Assembly: GCA_965205425.1 (NCBI GenBank)
Contig: CBDBGZ010000009.1
Span: 192,001 to 256,000, forward strand
Source of the DNA: Nitrosopumilus sp.
GTDB taxonomy: Archaea; Thermoproteota; Nitrososphaeria; Nitrososphaerales; Nitrosopumilaceae
DNA length: 64,000 nt
Reading direction: 5' to 3'
A program made the translations under genes and the position numbers. Shown here one piece after another: positions 63,268 to 64,000 of the stretch. A model generated the notes under the pieces. The model saw only the letters and a program-made list of their open reading frames with translations. It had not been told where the DNA came from and ran no database searches. The number at the start of each line of letters is the position of its first letter. Within the stretch, counting starts at the first letter, position 1.

Positions 63268-63483
63268 ATGGTCAGCCGTGACTTTGTAATTTTGGATTAT
63301 TCACACCAAAGAAAGTACAGAAATCATACATGTGCAAAATGCGGAGACTTATTTAGTATAGGTGATGCTGTCCATACTCAAAGAACAAAACGTTCTAAGA
63401 GAATATGTCACAAACAATGTTGGGAGTCAATGTATACCCCAGATCATAAGTCTTTTCAATTTATTGTTCTTGCAAAATACTGA
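63268..63483 (+). CDS. Small LIM-like Zn-finger protein, 3' end overlapping an IS
   Basis: CAKC...CHKQC. Confidence 0.55.
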   Translation: MVSRDFVILDYSHQRKYRNHTCAKCGDLFSIGDAVHTQRTKRSKRICHKQCWESMYTPDHKSFQFIVLAKY

Positions 63484-64000
63484 TACATATTCAAATTAAA
63501 TTTGTGGGTTCTAAAATATTCCATAACTGTATGTCTCATCTCATGAATAGATTCATAAAATTCTGATTCAACATTAACATGTTTGCACTGTCTCCAAATC
63601 TCTTCAATCATACTCAAATGTGGAGAACCTCTTGGAAGATATGCCAGTTTGACATCTTTGTTTTTACGCAGATATTCTTTTACATCATTAGCTTTGTGTT
63701 GCGGTGCTCTATCGACGATAACAAATATTTTCCCGAATTTTTTACGAGCTGCCTCCAAATAATCCATAAATGCAATTGAGTTAAATTTTTCATACGATCT
63801 AAAAAAACTTTGATTATCATCAGTCATCATTCCATAAACCAAAAATCTTTGGTGCGATCCTCTCCAACGTACAATCATTCGTTGGTGTACATCTGTCCAG
63901 TATTTTTTACCAAGACGTACATCGTCTACAAATACAGACTCGTCTTGGATGAATACTGTAAAACCTTTCTTTTTTGCCTTTTCTATGCGTGAAATGATGC
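63456..64000 (-). mobile_element. IS630-family transposase (partial)
   Basis: IVDRAPQH, LPRGSPHLSMIEEIW. Confidence 0.85.

Overview
AT-rich archaeal DNA whose gene content and order (carAB, Vps4/CdvC, TrmB, citrate synthase, blue-copper protein, uvrBAC, F420-dependent LLM, Fe-ADH, glycerate kinase) point to a Nitrosopumilus-like ammonia-oxidising thaumarchaeon with a very high IS load. Three zones. (1) 1-~9400 is the right part of an integrated element resembling a spindle-shaped-virus provirus. It encodes two-helix capsid-like proteins, an Ig-repeat spike and a P-loop ATPase. It also carries a private promoter/terminator motif repeated nine times and two hairpin ncRNA candidates, and it interrupts a metallophosphoesterase gene. 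(2) ~9400-40350 is core genes peppered with IS630-derived MITEs and a nested IS5-in-IS630. (3) ~40400-64000 is an accessory island of IS5/IS66/IS110/IS630 elements and broken surface-protein genes. The three IS110 copies have readable bridge-RNA-like guides, and one appears programmed against its sibling's left end. The most striking signal is an unannotated RNA cluster at 62188-63190. It holds an AbrB-like regulator, a tRNA with an Ala-type acceptor (G3:U70, A73) but an Asp anticodon, a downstream sequence antisense to that tRNA's 5' half, a ~240-nt structured RNA, and a class II Ser-type tRNA (long variable arm, G73) with a Phe anticodon. All calls were made by eye, without database searches.
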